Shown: positions 28,083 through 37,366, counted from the stretch's first letter. The stretch: DNA of 64,000 bases from Henriciella sp. (GCA_965215955.1 OZ244132.1:1452323-1516322); one strand, 5' to 3'. Translations and numbers: made by a program. Notes: generated from the sequence alone by a model not told the origin.

Positions 28083-29180
28083 ATGTTGAGAATTACGGCA
28101 TTGGCCTTTTTGATCGCGCTCCTCTCGGTTTCTCCGGCCTTTGCGCAACGCGGCGGTCCAGCGAGCGTGTTTGCCGATCCGGTGATCGAGCGTGAATTCT
28201 CAAGAGACATCGAAGCGCTCGGCACGCTTGAGCCGAATGAGCAGGTCGATCTCTCGCTCAATGCCTCGGACCGCATCACAGCTCTGTATTTCGATGATGG
28301 TGAGCGCGTCCGCCGGGGCAAGACGCTTTTATCATTGGCGCAGAGAGAACAATTGGCCTTGGTTGAGTCGGCTGAAGCGAATGTCGAGGAAGCGGCGCGT
28401 CAGTTAGAACGTGTGGTGCGGTTGGCCGACGCTGAGGCCGTTTCCCAGTCTGAGCTTGATCGGGCGCAGCGAGACCTTGATGCTGCGGATGCCAACCTGC
28501 GGGCCCTACAATCGCGGCAAAAGGATCGCGTCCTCGTCGCACCGTTTGACGGCGTACTAGGCTTTCGGCGAGTGAGTGTCGGCTCTTTCGTGCGACCCGG
28601 CGATGTCGTGGCGACCTTGATTGACGACAGCGAAATGAACCTGGACTTTGATGTCCCGTCGATCTTCACTCGATCCATTCAGCCCGGCACAGCGATCATC
28701 GCGGAGACAGACGATCTACCCGGAGAAGTCTTCGAAGGCGTAATTGAGACTCTAGACAATCGCATCGATCCGGTGACGCGCGCTATTCGGGCGCGCGCAA
28801 AGATTCCAAATGCGGACAGATTGCTCCGATCCGGCATGTTCATGCGTGTGACCGTCACCGCCGACCCGCGCACCAGTCTGGCCATTCCCGAGGCGGCGGT
28901 ACAGCCGGTCGGCCCGAAAACCTTCGTCTGGCGTGTGTCGACGGAGGACGGGGTTCCAAAAGCACGACGTGTTGAGGTTGAACTCGGACAGCGCGCGGAT
29001 GGCTTCATCGAAGTCGTCTCCGGTTTGTCGCCGGATGACAAGGTGATATCCGAAGGCATTATTCGCGTGCGAGAAGGCTCAGAAGTGAAGCTGAGAGAGC
29101 GGACCATCCTTTCCCCTGAGGGCACTTTGGCGGGACGTGGGCGCGGCAGCGCGAACGGTACTGCAGGCGCAGCGAACTAA
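28083..29180 (+). CDS. RND efflux periplasmic adaptor (membrane fusion protein; likely start 28083)
   Basis: Lipoyl-like FDDGERVRRG, APFDGVLG, IDPVTRAIRARA, GMFMRV, VVSGLSPDDKVISEG. Confidence 0.93.
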   Translation: MLRITALAFLIALLSVSPAFAQRGGPASVFADPVIEREFSRDIEALGTLEPNEQVDLSLNASDRITALYFDDGERVRRGKTLLSLAQREQLALVESAEANVEEAARQLERVVRLADAEAVSQSELDRAQRDLDAADANLRALQSRQKDRVLVAPFDGVLGFRRVSVGSFVRPGDVVATLIDDSEMNLDFDVPSIFTRSIQPGTAIIAETDDLPGEVFEGVIETLDNRIDPVTRAIRARAKIPNADRLLRSGMFMRVTVTADPRTSLAIPEAAVQPVGPKTFVWRVSTEDGVPKARRVEVELGQRADGFIEVVSGLSPDDKVISEGIIRVREGSEVKLRERTILSPEGTLAGRGRGSANGTAGAAN

Positions 29181-29192
29181 AGGGGCGGGGCG

Positions 29193-32100
29193 ATGCTATT
29201 ATCTGATACTGCCGTCAAGCGACCAGTATTCGCATCTGTGATCGCCTTGATCCTGGTTATTTTGGGGGTCGTGTCGTTCGACCGGCTCAGTCTCCGCGAA
29301 TATCCGGATATTGATGCTCCGATCGTGACCATTGATACGCGCTACCCTGGTGCCTCAGCCAGCGTCGTTGAAACCCGAATTACCCAAATCGTCGAAGATC
29401 GTATCGCAGGGGTTGAGGGGATCCGGTTCATAAACTCGAATTCGAGTGACGGGCGTTCGCGGATCTCTATCGAGTTTGGCGTCAACCAGGATATCGATGT
29501 CGCCGCAAATGATATCCGCGACCGCATTTCCGGCGTGCTGGATAACCTGCCTGAAGACGCCGATCCGCCCGAGGTTGAGAAGGCGGACTCGAATGATGAT
29601 GTCATCATTTGGCTGAATCTCGCGGCCGAAAACATGACGACGCCGGAAATCTCCGACTATGCGCAGCGTTATCTGGTTGATCGCTTCTCGGCCTTGGACG
29701 GGGTGGCCCGCGTGCGTGTCGGAGGATCGAGGGACTATGCCCTGCGCATCTGGATTGACCGGCGATCCTTGGCGGCCCGAAACCTGACCGTCACCGACAT
29801 TGAGCAGGCCTTACGGCGAGAGAATATCGAGGCGCCCGCCGGCAGCATCGAGTCGGATACACGCGCCTACACGGTTCGGATCGACCGCGCGTTCCAAACC
29901 CCAAAAGACTTTGCAGGGCTTGTCGTTGCAGAAGGGGAAGATGGCTATCTCGTTCGATTGGGCGATGTTGCGCGCGTTGAGCGAGGCACGGTCGAAGACC
30001 GGAACATGTTCCGCGGCAATGGCGTGCCGATGGTCGGGCTGGGCATCGTCAAACAGTCGACCGCGAACACAGTGGATGTGGCAAATGCCGCCAAAGCGCT
30101 CGCGGAACAATTGAATCAAACCTTGCCGGACGGCATGGTCATTGCGCGCAGCTTTGATAGCTCCGTCTTCATTTCGGCTTCCATCCGTGAGGTTTACACG
30201 ACCCTGGCGATCGCGGTCGGGTTGGTCACCCTGGTGATCTTCCTGTTTCTCGGAAGCGCCCGTGCCACGATCATCCCGGCGATTACGGTGCCGATTTCGA
30301 TTATCGCAACCTTCATCGTGCTGTTTGCCTTGGGGTTCTCAATCAACCTTCTGACACTACTCGCCATGGTGCTGGCGATCGGTCTGGTTGTCGACGATGC
30401 GATCGTTGTGCTTGAGAACATATCGCGGCGTATGAAAGAGTATGGAGAAACCCCGCTCGTGGCTGCGTTTAAAGGGACACGGCAGGTCGGCTTCGCGGTC
30501 ATCGCCACGACTTTGGTGCTCGTGTCTGTGTTTGTGCCGATTACGTTCCTGCAGGGCGATGTCGGTCGTCTGTTTACCGAATTCGCACTGACGATCGCTG
30601 CGGCCGTTGTGTTCTCCAGTTTGCTGGCGCTGACGCTGACGCCGATGATGGCGTCGAAGCTCTTGAAACCCCATAGCGATAAGTGGACGATTGGTTCATT
30701 CTTGCCGCGTCTGGTCGACAAAGCTTTTGGCCTTGTTCGCATGGCGTATGGCTGGCTGCTCAACATCCTCATTCCGCGACCAATCTTTATGGCGATCCTG
30801 CTTGGCGGCTTGTTCTGGTCGACTTGGGATCTGTCCCAACGCGTCACGGAAGAATATGTGCCTCGCGAAGATCGCGGCGCCTTCTTCGTTGTGATCCGAG
30901 GGCCTGAAGGCGCCTCCTATGCTTATATGGAACGATACATCGACGAAATTGAGCGTCGCTTGATGCCTTACACCGAAAGCCAGGATGGCAAGCCGCCGGA
31001 AGTGAACCGGCTTCTGTTTCGGGCGCCAGGCTTCGGGTCATCTGCATTCAACCAGGCTTTCATCATCGTTGTTCTGAATGATTGGAGTGAGCGGCGGCCT
31101 GCTGATGTCATCATAGCCGAAGCCAATCGCGCGCTCTCAGATTTACCAGGCGTTCGAGGGTTCGCCCGAATGCGGCAAGGCTTGGGAGGTGGAACGGGAA
31201 AACCGGTCCAATTCGTTCTCGGCGGTCCGAGCTATGAGCTGCTGACGGAATGGCGCGAGACGTTCGTCAACGCGCTGGAAGACAGCGATATCGGATTGGT
31301 CGATATCGATTGGGACTATAAGGAAACCCAGCCGCAATATCGTATCCAGGTGGACTATGATCGCGCTGCCGACCTTGGGGTTACGGTCGCCGATATCGGC
31401 TCAACCTTGCAAACGATGCTGGGGTCGCGGCGTGTGACCACATATATCGATGGCGGCGAAGAATATGATGTCATTTTGGAGGGTCTGCGCTCTGATCAGA
31501 ACAATCCGAATGATGTTGAGAATATTTATGTCCGTTCGTCGCGTTCAGGCAGTCTTGTTCCGCTCTCAAGTCTGATGAGTATTGAAGCGATTGCGGATAG
31601 TCCGACACTGAATCGCTACAATCGGGTGCGCGCGATTACGATTGAAGCGGGCCTCGCTGAGGGCGCGTCGCTTGGTGATGTCCTGGACCAGATGCAGACA
31701 ATCGCGCGAGATGTCTTACCGGTTGAGGCGACGATTGATTTCAAGGGCCAATCCCTGGATTTCAAAACCTCGGGCTCATCGATCATGTTCGTTTTTGCGA
31801 TTGGCCTCGCGATTGTATTCCTCGTTCTGGCAGCGCAGTTTGAGAGCTACCGACACCCGATCATTATCATGCTGTGTGTGCCGGCGACGCTAGCAGGTGG
31901 CTTGCTCGGGCTCTGGCTGACCGGCAACAGTCTCAACATCTACACCCAGATCGGCTTGATCATGTTGGTGGGTCTCGCGGCGAAGAACGGTATTTTGATC
32001 GTCGAGTTTGCCAACCAGTTGCGCGATCAGGGAACCGAGTTTCAAGAGGCTTTGAAAGAGGCGTCATTGGCCAGGCTGCGGCCGATCGTGATGACCGGCC

Positions 32101-32330
32101 TAACGACCGCAGCAGGGACATTGCCGCTTATCCTATCCAGCGGCGCTGGCGCAGAGACGCGGGCGGCCATTGGCGTGGTTATCCTGTTTGGCGTAATCGC
32201 GGCGGTTCTGGTCACGGTGCTGTTTGTGCCGACCGCTTATGCTCTGATTGCAAGAGGCTCTGGATCACCGGGCGATGTTGCGCGACAACTCGATGCTGAA
32301 TCAGCAGAAAACGCGGTACCAGCAGAATGA
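29193..32330 (+). CDS. RND efflux permease (AcrB/MexW-like, 1045 aa)
   Basis: Proton-relay motifs GLVVDDAIVVLEN, GLAAKNGILIVEF and RLRPIVMT; 12-TM architecture. Confidence 0.96.
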   Translation: MLLSDTAVKRPVFASVIALILVILGVVSFDRLSLREYPDIDAPIVTIDTRYPGASASVVETRITQIVEDRIAGVEGIRFINSNSSDGRSRISIEFGVNQDIDVAANDIRDRISGVLDNLPEDADPPEVEKADSNDDVIIWLNLAAENMTTPEISDYAQRYLVDRFSALDGVARVRVGGSRDYALRIWIDRRSLAARNLTVTDIEQALRRENIEAPAGSIESDTRAYTVRIDRAFQTPKDFAGLVVAEGEDGYLVRLGDVARVERGTVEDRNMFRGNGVPMVGLGIVKQSTANTVDVANAAKALAEQLNQTLPDGMVIARSFDSSVFISASIREVYTTLAIAVGLVTLVIFLFLGSARATIIPAITVPISIIATFIVLFALGFSINLLTLLAMVLAIGLVVDDAIVVLENISRRMKEYGETPLVAAFKGTRQVGFAVIATTLVLVSVFVPITFLQGDVGRLFTEFALTIAAAVVFSSLLALTLTPMMASKLLKPHSDKWTIGSFLPRLVDKAFGLVRMAYGWLLNILIPRPIFMAILLGGLFWSTWDLSQRVTEEYVPREDRGAFFVVIRGPEGASYAYMERYIDEIERRLMPYTESQDGKPPEVNRLLFRAPGFGSSAFNQAFIIVVLNDWSERRPADVIIAEANRALSDLPGVRGFARMRQGLGGGTGKPVQFVLGGPSYELLTEWRETFVNALEDSDIGLVDIDWDYKETQPQYRIQVDYDRAADLGVTVADIGSTLQTMLGSRRVTTYIDGGEEYDVILEGLRSDQNNPNDVENIYVRSSRSGSLVPLSSLMSIEAIADSPTLNRYNRVRAITIEAGLAEGASLGDVLDQMQTIARDVLPVEATIDFKGQSLDFKTSGSSIMFVFAIGLAIVFLVLAAQFESYRHPIIIMLCVPATLAGGLLGLWLTGNSLNIYTQIGLIMLVGLAAKNGILIVEFANQLRDQGTEFQEALKEASLARLRPIVMTGLTTAAGTLPLILSSGAGAETRAAIGVVILFGVIAAVLVTVLFVPTAYALIARGSGSPGDVARQLDAESAENAVPAE

Positions 32331-32938
32331 AACTTCCGATCGATGTGTCGAAAATCAAAGGCTTTTTAGACCCGGCTGAAGGGGAAGCCTTATACAAGGT
32401 TGCGCTCGCGGAGGCCTCCCATGGGCCCTGCCTGGAGATTGGCGGCTATTGTGGAAAATCATCAGTCTATATCGGGACCGCGTGCCAAGAGCGGGATGAG
32501 CTTCATTTCTCAATCGACCACCATCGCGGCTCTGAAGAGAATCAGCCGGGATGGGAGTATTTCGACGAAGAGGTGTGGGATGCGGACGCCGAAGCCGTCG
32601 ACACGCTGCCTTTCTTCCGGCGTACCATCCACCAAGCTGGACTTGAAGGCACGGTCATTCCAATCATCGGCCGGTCCATCGACATTGCAACGCGTTGGGC
32701 GACGCCGCTGAGCTTCCTGTTCATTGATGGCGGACACACGATGGAACACGCGTTGAATGATTATCGCGGTTGGACGCCGCACATCATGCCTGGCGGCGTA
32801 CTCGCCATCCATGATGTGTTTCCAGATCCAGCCGATGGCGGTCGACCACCTTTTGAGATCTACCAACGCGCCTTGGCGTCAGATCTCTATGTCGAAGAGC
32901 AAGCGGTTAAGAGCTTGCGGATATTGCGGCGGGTTTAA
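32327..32938 (+). CDS. Class I SAM-dependent methyltransferase (Methyltransf_24-like; candidate MeT3-like sugar O-methyltransferase)
   Basis: KGFLDPAEG, CLEIGGYCGKS, IDHHRGSEENQPGWEY, LFIDGGHT, LAIHDVF. ATGA overlap with the RND permease stop. Confidence 0.85.
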   Translation: MKLPIDVSKIKGFLDPAEGEALYKVALAEASHGPCLEIGGYCGKSSVYIGTACQERDELHFSIDHHRGSEENQPGWEYFDEEVWDADAEAVDTLPFFRRTIHQAGLEGTVIPIIGRSIDIATRWATPLSFLFIDGGHTMEHALNDYRGWTPHIMPGGVLAIHDVFPDPADGGRPPFEIYQRALASDLYVEEQAVKSLRILRRV

Positions 32939-33992
32939 GCAGCGACCGGGTGAGGACCTGGCTCGTCGCTGATGTGCCTTGCAAGGCGTCGGCGGCCAGA
33001 ATGACAGCGGCTTGTGTCCAGCTTGGCTGCTCTTTCGGCCAGTAAATGTCTTCGTCTATTTGGTGCCCCATCCAAAACACACCGCGATCGTCGCGAATGT
33101 TCAAAACGGTTTGCAATAGCGTTGTTGCCAGTCCTGTCTTGCTGGCTGACAGGAGCGCCAGGACCAATTCAGCGGTTTCTGCGACCGTTACCCATGGCTC
33201 GTTCGAAACGCAGCGGCAGCCATGTGCTTCAATGACGAACTTGTCCCAAGACTGGTCCAATCTCTGCGCGCCAGTGGCGTCATCAAAGACACCCGCCAGG
33301 ACGGGATAGTACCAATCCATGGCGAACCTTGCGCCAGTTTGCCGCCGGTCGAACAGCTCTGGAGAGGTCTGAAGCGCATTCAGGAGGTTGGAACGCGCCG
33401 TGTGCCAGGTGGGTTTTGCGATATCGAATGCGTTGGCCAAAAACAGCCCGCATTCGAGGCTTTTCAGAATAGAGGCATTGCCCGCAAGCAACGCGTCGTC
33501 TTCATCTGTTCCAACGGCTTCAACGGCCCAGGTAATCGTGCCATCTGGCTTTTGAAGCGTGAGGACAAAATCGAGCGCGTGCTCCACCATGGGCCACCAC
33601 GCTTGCACGCGCTTCGTGTCATCGGTGGCCTTCAAAAAATGCGCGATGCCAACGGCTGGATAGGCGCAAAAGTTTGAATCCAAGAAAGCCGGGGCTGGTT
33701 CGCGGCTGATAAAGTCGCGGTCCACCATGGGCAGGCAATTGCCATACTCCCCAAACCAGGCACCATCGCCGCGTTGTGTCTCTTTCAAATGATCAAAGGC
33801 ATTTGCGGCGGCGTTGAGCTCGCCGGCAACCGTAAGCGCCATTGCGCTTTCGGTGTGGTTCCATGGATCCCAAGGGCCGTTCTCGAACCAGGCAATCGCG
33901 CCATCCGCGGTCTGGATGTCGAGTATACGATCGATCGCAGGACGGAGGTCAGCGATGGAGAGTGCCTCGCCAGATGGAAAAGACCCGTCCAT
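32907..33992 (-). CDS. (alpha/alpha)6-barrel protein usually annotated as prenyltransferase; candidate MmpH-like glycoside hydrolase (likely start 33992)
   Basis: Repeated QxxDGxW-like motifs (QTADGAIAW, QRGDGAW, QKPDGTITW), DPWNHTESAMAL, DSNFCAY, FAMDWYYPVLAG, PWVTVAETAE, EQPSWTQAAVILA. The ATG lies 1 nt after the upstream TAG. Confidence 0.7.
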   Translation of the reverse strand: MDGSFPSGEALSIADLRPAIDRILDIQTADGAIAWFENGPWDPWNHTESAMALTVAGELNAAANAFDHLKETQRGDGAWFGEYGNCLPMVDRDFISREPAPAFLDSNFCAYPAVGIAHFLKATDDTKRVQAWWPMVEHALDFVLTLQKPDGTITWAVEAVGTDEDDALLAGNASILKSLECGLFLANAFDIAKPTWHTARSNLLNALQTSPELFDRRQTGARFAMDWYYPVLAGVFDDATGAQRLDQSWDKFVIEAHGCRCVSNEPWVTVAETAELVLALLSASKTGLATTLLQTVLNIRDDRGVFWMGHQIDEDIYWPKEQPSWTQAAVILAADALQGTSATSQVLTRSLLKPAAISASS

Positions 33993-33993
33993 C

Positions 33994-34719
33994 CTAGCTT
34001 TCACCTTCTTCAAAATACATGACCAGGCTCTTACCCATGAAGGGTGATGTGACGGTGTCGAGGGCGCGTGTGATCCACGGACGCTTCATCAGATCCCAGA
34101 CCAGGAAGTCATGATAGGCTTTGACCATCGGATGATCATCGCGCCGCTCCCAGAACATGCATTTCAGCCACCATAGAGGCGAGTGAATGCCGTGCGCGTG
34201 GTGGCGCTTGAACATCTTGAAGCCGCGGCGCTCAACCGATGCTTTGAGATCGACTTCGTCGAAGATCCGGATATGGCCGCCCGGCTGATACGGGTAGCCG
34301 TTTGGTGGCGGCGCGAGTTGCCAGCAGATCCGCTCTGGCCAGGCATGAGGCACCGTGATGCAAAGCTTGCCGGTCGGTTTCAAAACGCGCCGCATCTCAC
34401 GAATTGCCGTGTCATAGTCGGGAAGATGCTCGAGCACTTCAGAACAAATCACGGCGTCAAACGTATTGTCTTCAAAGCGCAGCGCGGTCGCATCGCCCGT
34501 CTCAAACGTGGTTTTTGTTGCTATGTCGGTGTCTGCATTCGGAAGAAATACGAGACCTTCCTCCGCCTTTTTGAGCGAGGGCTCATCGAGGTCGACGCCG
34601 TAAATGTCGAGCCCGCCCAGCATGTACAGGCCATGCACATGGCGCCCCTCACCACAGCCCAGATCGAGGACTTTGTCGCCAGGCGACAGGCCGAGATGTT
34701 TCAGTCGAGCGGTTAGCAT
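33994..34719 (-). CDS. Class I SAM-dependent methyltransferase (Methyltransf_11-like; candidate MeT1-like)
   Basis: MLT...VLDLGCGEGRH, GDATAL, SEVLEH, WPERICW, GGHIRI, HHAHGIHSPLWWLKC, LVWDLMKRP, GKSLVMY. Confidence 0.85.
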   Translation of the reverse strand: MLTARLKHLGLSPGDKVLDLGCGEGRHVHGLYMLGGLDIYGVDLDEPSLKKAEEGLVFLPNADTDIATKTTFETGDATALRFEDNTFDAVICSEVLEHLPDYDTAIREMRRVLKPTGKLCITVPHAWPERICWQLAPPPNGYPYQPGGHIRIFDEVDLKASVERRGFKMFKRHHAHGIHSPLWWLKCMFWERRDDHPMVKAYHDFLVWDLMKRPWITRALDTVTSPFMGKSLVMYFEEGES

Positions 34720-36008
34720 TGGGCCACCATGGCGTTACGGAAAAAGTCTATATATTTCGGGGCAATACTGTCCCAGTTGAAGTGCGCGTTGGCGCGCTTC
34801 AGGCAAGCTTCGGCAACCTCGGAACGGCGTTCGCGATTCGAGGCAAGACCGTCAATTGCATCGGCGAGTGCGTTGGGATCGCCCTTCGGCACAATGATGC
34901 CAGCGTCGCCCGCAACTTCCGGCAAGGCCCCACCATCGGTCACGATAACCGGTGTGCCACAGCTCATGGCTTCGGCGGCGGGCAGGCCAAACCCTTCATA
35001 AAGAGAGGGGGTCACTGCGACGGTCGCGCTGCGAAACTCGTTGGCGAGCTCTTCGCGTGTGAGGTCGCTCTTAAAGACGACGCGATCTTTCAGACCAAGA
35101 TCAAGGATTGCCCTCCGCGCCTGACCTTTGCGGAGCTTTCCGATCACCACGAGTTCCAGGTCCGGATGCGTGTTTAGAAGTTTGTGATAGGCCTCTACCA
35201 AAATATGGAGCCCCTTCAGCGGGGTATCTGCACTGGCGGTGGTGACGATTTTACCAGGCGCAACTTGGATATTCGGATCGGGGCTAAAAGCCTGCTGATC
35301 AACGCCAAGCGAGATTGGGTGAATGCGCTCGGGGGCCACGCCAAACTCGCTCACAATATCCGCTTTTGCATGCTCGGATGGACACGTGATGGCGGGCAAG
35401 GTTCGAGCGACTTTGATCTGCATTTTGATGAAGGAATACCAGCGCCGGGCGAGCCAGCGATGTTTCCAATCTGTAGCCGCTTCAACAGCTAGCTTGAGAT
35501 CACGGGTGATAGGATGGTGAATGATCGTCGTCAGTGGGAGACCAAGTCGAGCGTGAACGCGTCCAATCCCATGCGCCAGCGTTTGATTGTCCAGGATCAC
35601 ATCATACTTCGCGCGATGGCGTTTCAGATATTGATAGGCGCGCTGGCCAAACGCGAAGGGTTCAACAAATTTGCCAGAGAGATGGCCGAAATACTCATAC
35701 GTATCGGTCGGGCTGAGCAAGTGTTTCGGGCGCAGCGCAAAATGGCCATGATGCGGCTTCGAGAACAGGTCGAGCGATGGCAGTTTGACCAGGTTCACGT
35801 CGGCGCTTAGCTCGGGATAGGGCGGGCCTGAAACGACGTCGACAAGCGCACCAGCTTTCACCAAAGCTTGGCTCAAATAGTCGACATAGACCCCTTGGCC
35901 GCCAACTTTTGGATCGGACCGATAAGACAATATGCAGATGCGCAGCGGCGCACCCTGCGCAGGCAGGTCCGCGCCTTTTTCTTGGCTCTGCTTGGTAACA
36001 TCCAGCAT
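34713..36008 (-). CDS. GT4 glycosyltransferase (candidate ManT-like alpha-1,4-glycosyltransferase)
   Basis: LRICILSYRSDPKVGGQGVY, VSGPPYP, LPSLDLF, DNQTL, TIIHHPITRD, ASADTPLKG, PSLYEGFGLPAAEAMSCGTPV (EX7E). 7-bp overlap with the downstream methyltransferase. Confidence 0.9.
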   Translation of the reverse strand: MLDVTKQSQEKGADLPAQGAPLRICILSYRSDPKVGGQGVYVDYLSQALVKAGALVDVVSGPPYPELSADVNLVKLPSLDLFSKPHHGHFALRPKHLLSPTDTYEYFGHLSGKFVEPFAFGQRAYQYLKRHRAKYDVILDNQTLAHGIGRVHARLGLPLTTIIHHPITRDLKLAVEAATDWKHRWLARRWYSFIKMQIKVARTLPAITCPSEHAKADIVSEFGVAPERIHPISLGVDQQAFSPDPNIQVAPGKIVTTASADTPLKGLHILVEAYHKLLNTHPDLELVVIGKLRKGQARRAILDLGLKDRVVFKSDLTREELANEFRSATVAVTPSLYEGFGLPAAEAMSCGTPVIVTDGGALPEVAGDAGIIVPKGDPNALADAIDGLASNRERRSEVAEACLKRANAHFNWDSIAPKYIDFFRNAMVAQC

Positions 36009-36050
36009 GAAGATTATGCGGTCCCTGTCTTTCGTCTCTCGCTATCCACA

Positions 36051-36070
36051 ATTGGCACCGCGAGTGCAAT
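36051..36070. promoter_or_regulatory. Imperfect palindrome / sigma54-like element upstream of the GT4 operon
   Basis: ATTGGCAC-CGCGA-GTGCAAT. It also fits GG-N10-GC (GG 36054-36055, GC 36066-36067) on the + strand. Confidence 0.35.
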
Positions 36071-36262
36071 CAATAGATGCGAGAAATGCCTGCTAAAAAA
36101 TCGCCCAGCCGCCAAGATTTGCGGCAGCTCTGGTCGCGAAAGCGTGTTTTTCAGATCGGTTTCTATGGGCATCGGTTTGGCTAGCGGGCATGATTGATTT
36201 GCAGTTCCCTTGACTTCCCTAGCGTCTGTCCACCGACCGGATGCAAAAAGTGAGGAAACACC

Positions 36263-37267
36263 ATGAAAGTAGCAGCCGTCAAAAAGCCTGGAGGCCCCGG
36301 TAATCTCATCATCGAAGACCGCCCAGATCCTGTCGCCGGACCGGGCGAAGTCTTGGTGCGCATTCGCGCCTCTTCTCTCAATTATCATGACTTTGTGGTC
36401 GTGATGGGCGGCATCCCAACCGACGATGGACGGATCCCGATGTCAGACGGTGCGGGGGACGTGGTTGCGGTTGGCGATGGCGTCACAAAATTCAAACCCG
36501 GTGACAAAGTCCTCAGCCTGTTCTTCCCAGACTGGCAGAAGGGTGAGATTGATGCGCTTGGCTTTGGCGGTGTTCCCGGCGATGGTGCTGACGGATTTGC
36601 GGCCGAGCTCGTTGCGATGCCAGAAAGCGCGTTCACGCGTATGCCTGAGGGCTATTCCTATACAGAAGCGGCAACATTGCCCTGCGCGGCGCTGACCGCC
36701 TGGCGCGGCATGTTTGTTGAAGGCTCCGTAAAGCCTGGCGATTGGGTGCTGACGCAAGGTACGGGCGGCGTCTCTGTTTTTGCGCTTCAACTCGCCAAAG
36801 CGGCTGGAGCTCGGGTGATCTCGACCTCATCCTCAAATGAAAAGCTTGAGCGGATGAAGGCTTTGGGCGCTGATCATGTGATCAACTACAAAGAGACCCC
36901 GGAATGGGGAAAGAAAGCCCTCGAACTGACGCGTGGACGCGGAGTGGATGAAGTTGTCGAGATTGGCGGGCCTGGGACGATGGCACAGTCGATCCAAGCT
37001 TGCCGTGTGGGCGGCCATATCTCGCTGATCGGTGTGCTAACGGGTGTTTCAGGCGAAGTTCCAACCGCGGCTTTCTTTTCGAAGAATTTGACCATGTCAG
37101 GGATCACGGTCGGTTCAGCCGAGCATCAGGAAGATATGATCGCGGCCATTGAAGCTTCGAATATCAAGCCTGTTCTCGACAAGGATTTTCCGCTCGATGA
37201 AATCGCTGAAGCGTTCGCGCACCAAGCGAGCCAGCAGCATTTCGGCAAAATCACGCTTTCAATCTAG
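36263..37267 (+). CDS. NAD(P)-dependent medium-chain dehydrogenase/reductase (quinone-reductase-like)
   Basis: EVLVRIRASSLNYHD, PMSDGAG, EAATLPCAALTAW, GTGGVS, QHFGKITL. Confidence 0.9.
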   Translation: MKVAAVKKPGGPGNLIIEDRPDPVAGPGEVLVRIRASSLNYHDFVVVMGGIPTDDGRIPMSDGAGDVVAVGDGVTKFKPGDKVLSLFFPDWQKGEIDALGFGGVPGDGADGFAAELVAMPESAFTRMPEGYSYTEAATLPCAALTAWRGMFVEGSVKPGDWVLTQGTGGVSVFALQLAKAAGARVISTSSSNEKLERMKALGADHVINYKETPEWGKKALELTRGRGVDEVVEIGGPGTMAQSIQACRVGGHISLIGVLTGVSGEVPTAAFFSKNLTMSGITVGSAEHQEDMIAAIEASNIKPVLDKDFPLDEIAEAFAHQASQQHFGKITLSI

Positions 37268-37366
37268 TCTCGCGAGGATACGGAGGCGTGCGGCTGACTT
37301 TACGTCGGCGGCCAAATCCGCATTGTAGAAAACAGAATTGATCACGCGCTCAACGGAGCAATTTAC

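Noticed and set aside
32907-33992. Terpene/hopanoid cyclase interpretation, including the DEDD stretch
   Set aside because: The protein is about half the size of squalene-hopene cyclase and no isoprenoid genes are nearby. The GT4/methyltransferase context fits a glycoside hydrolase better.
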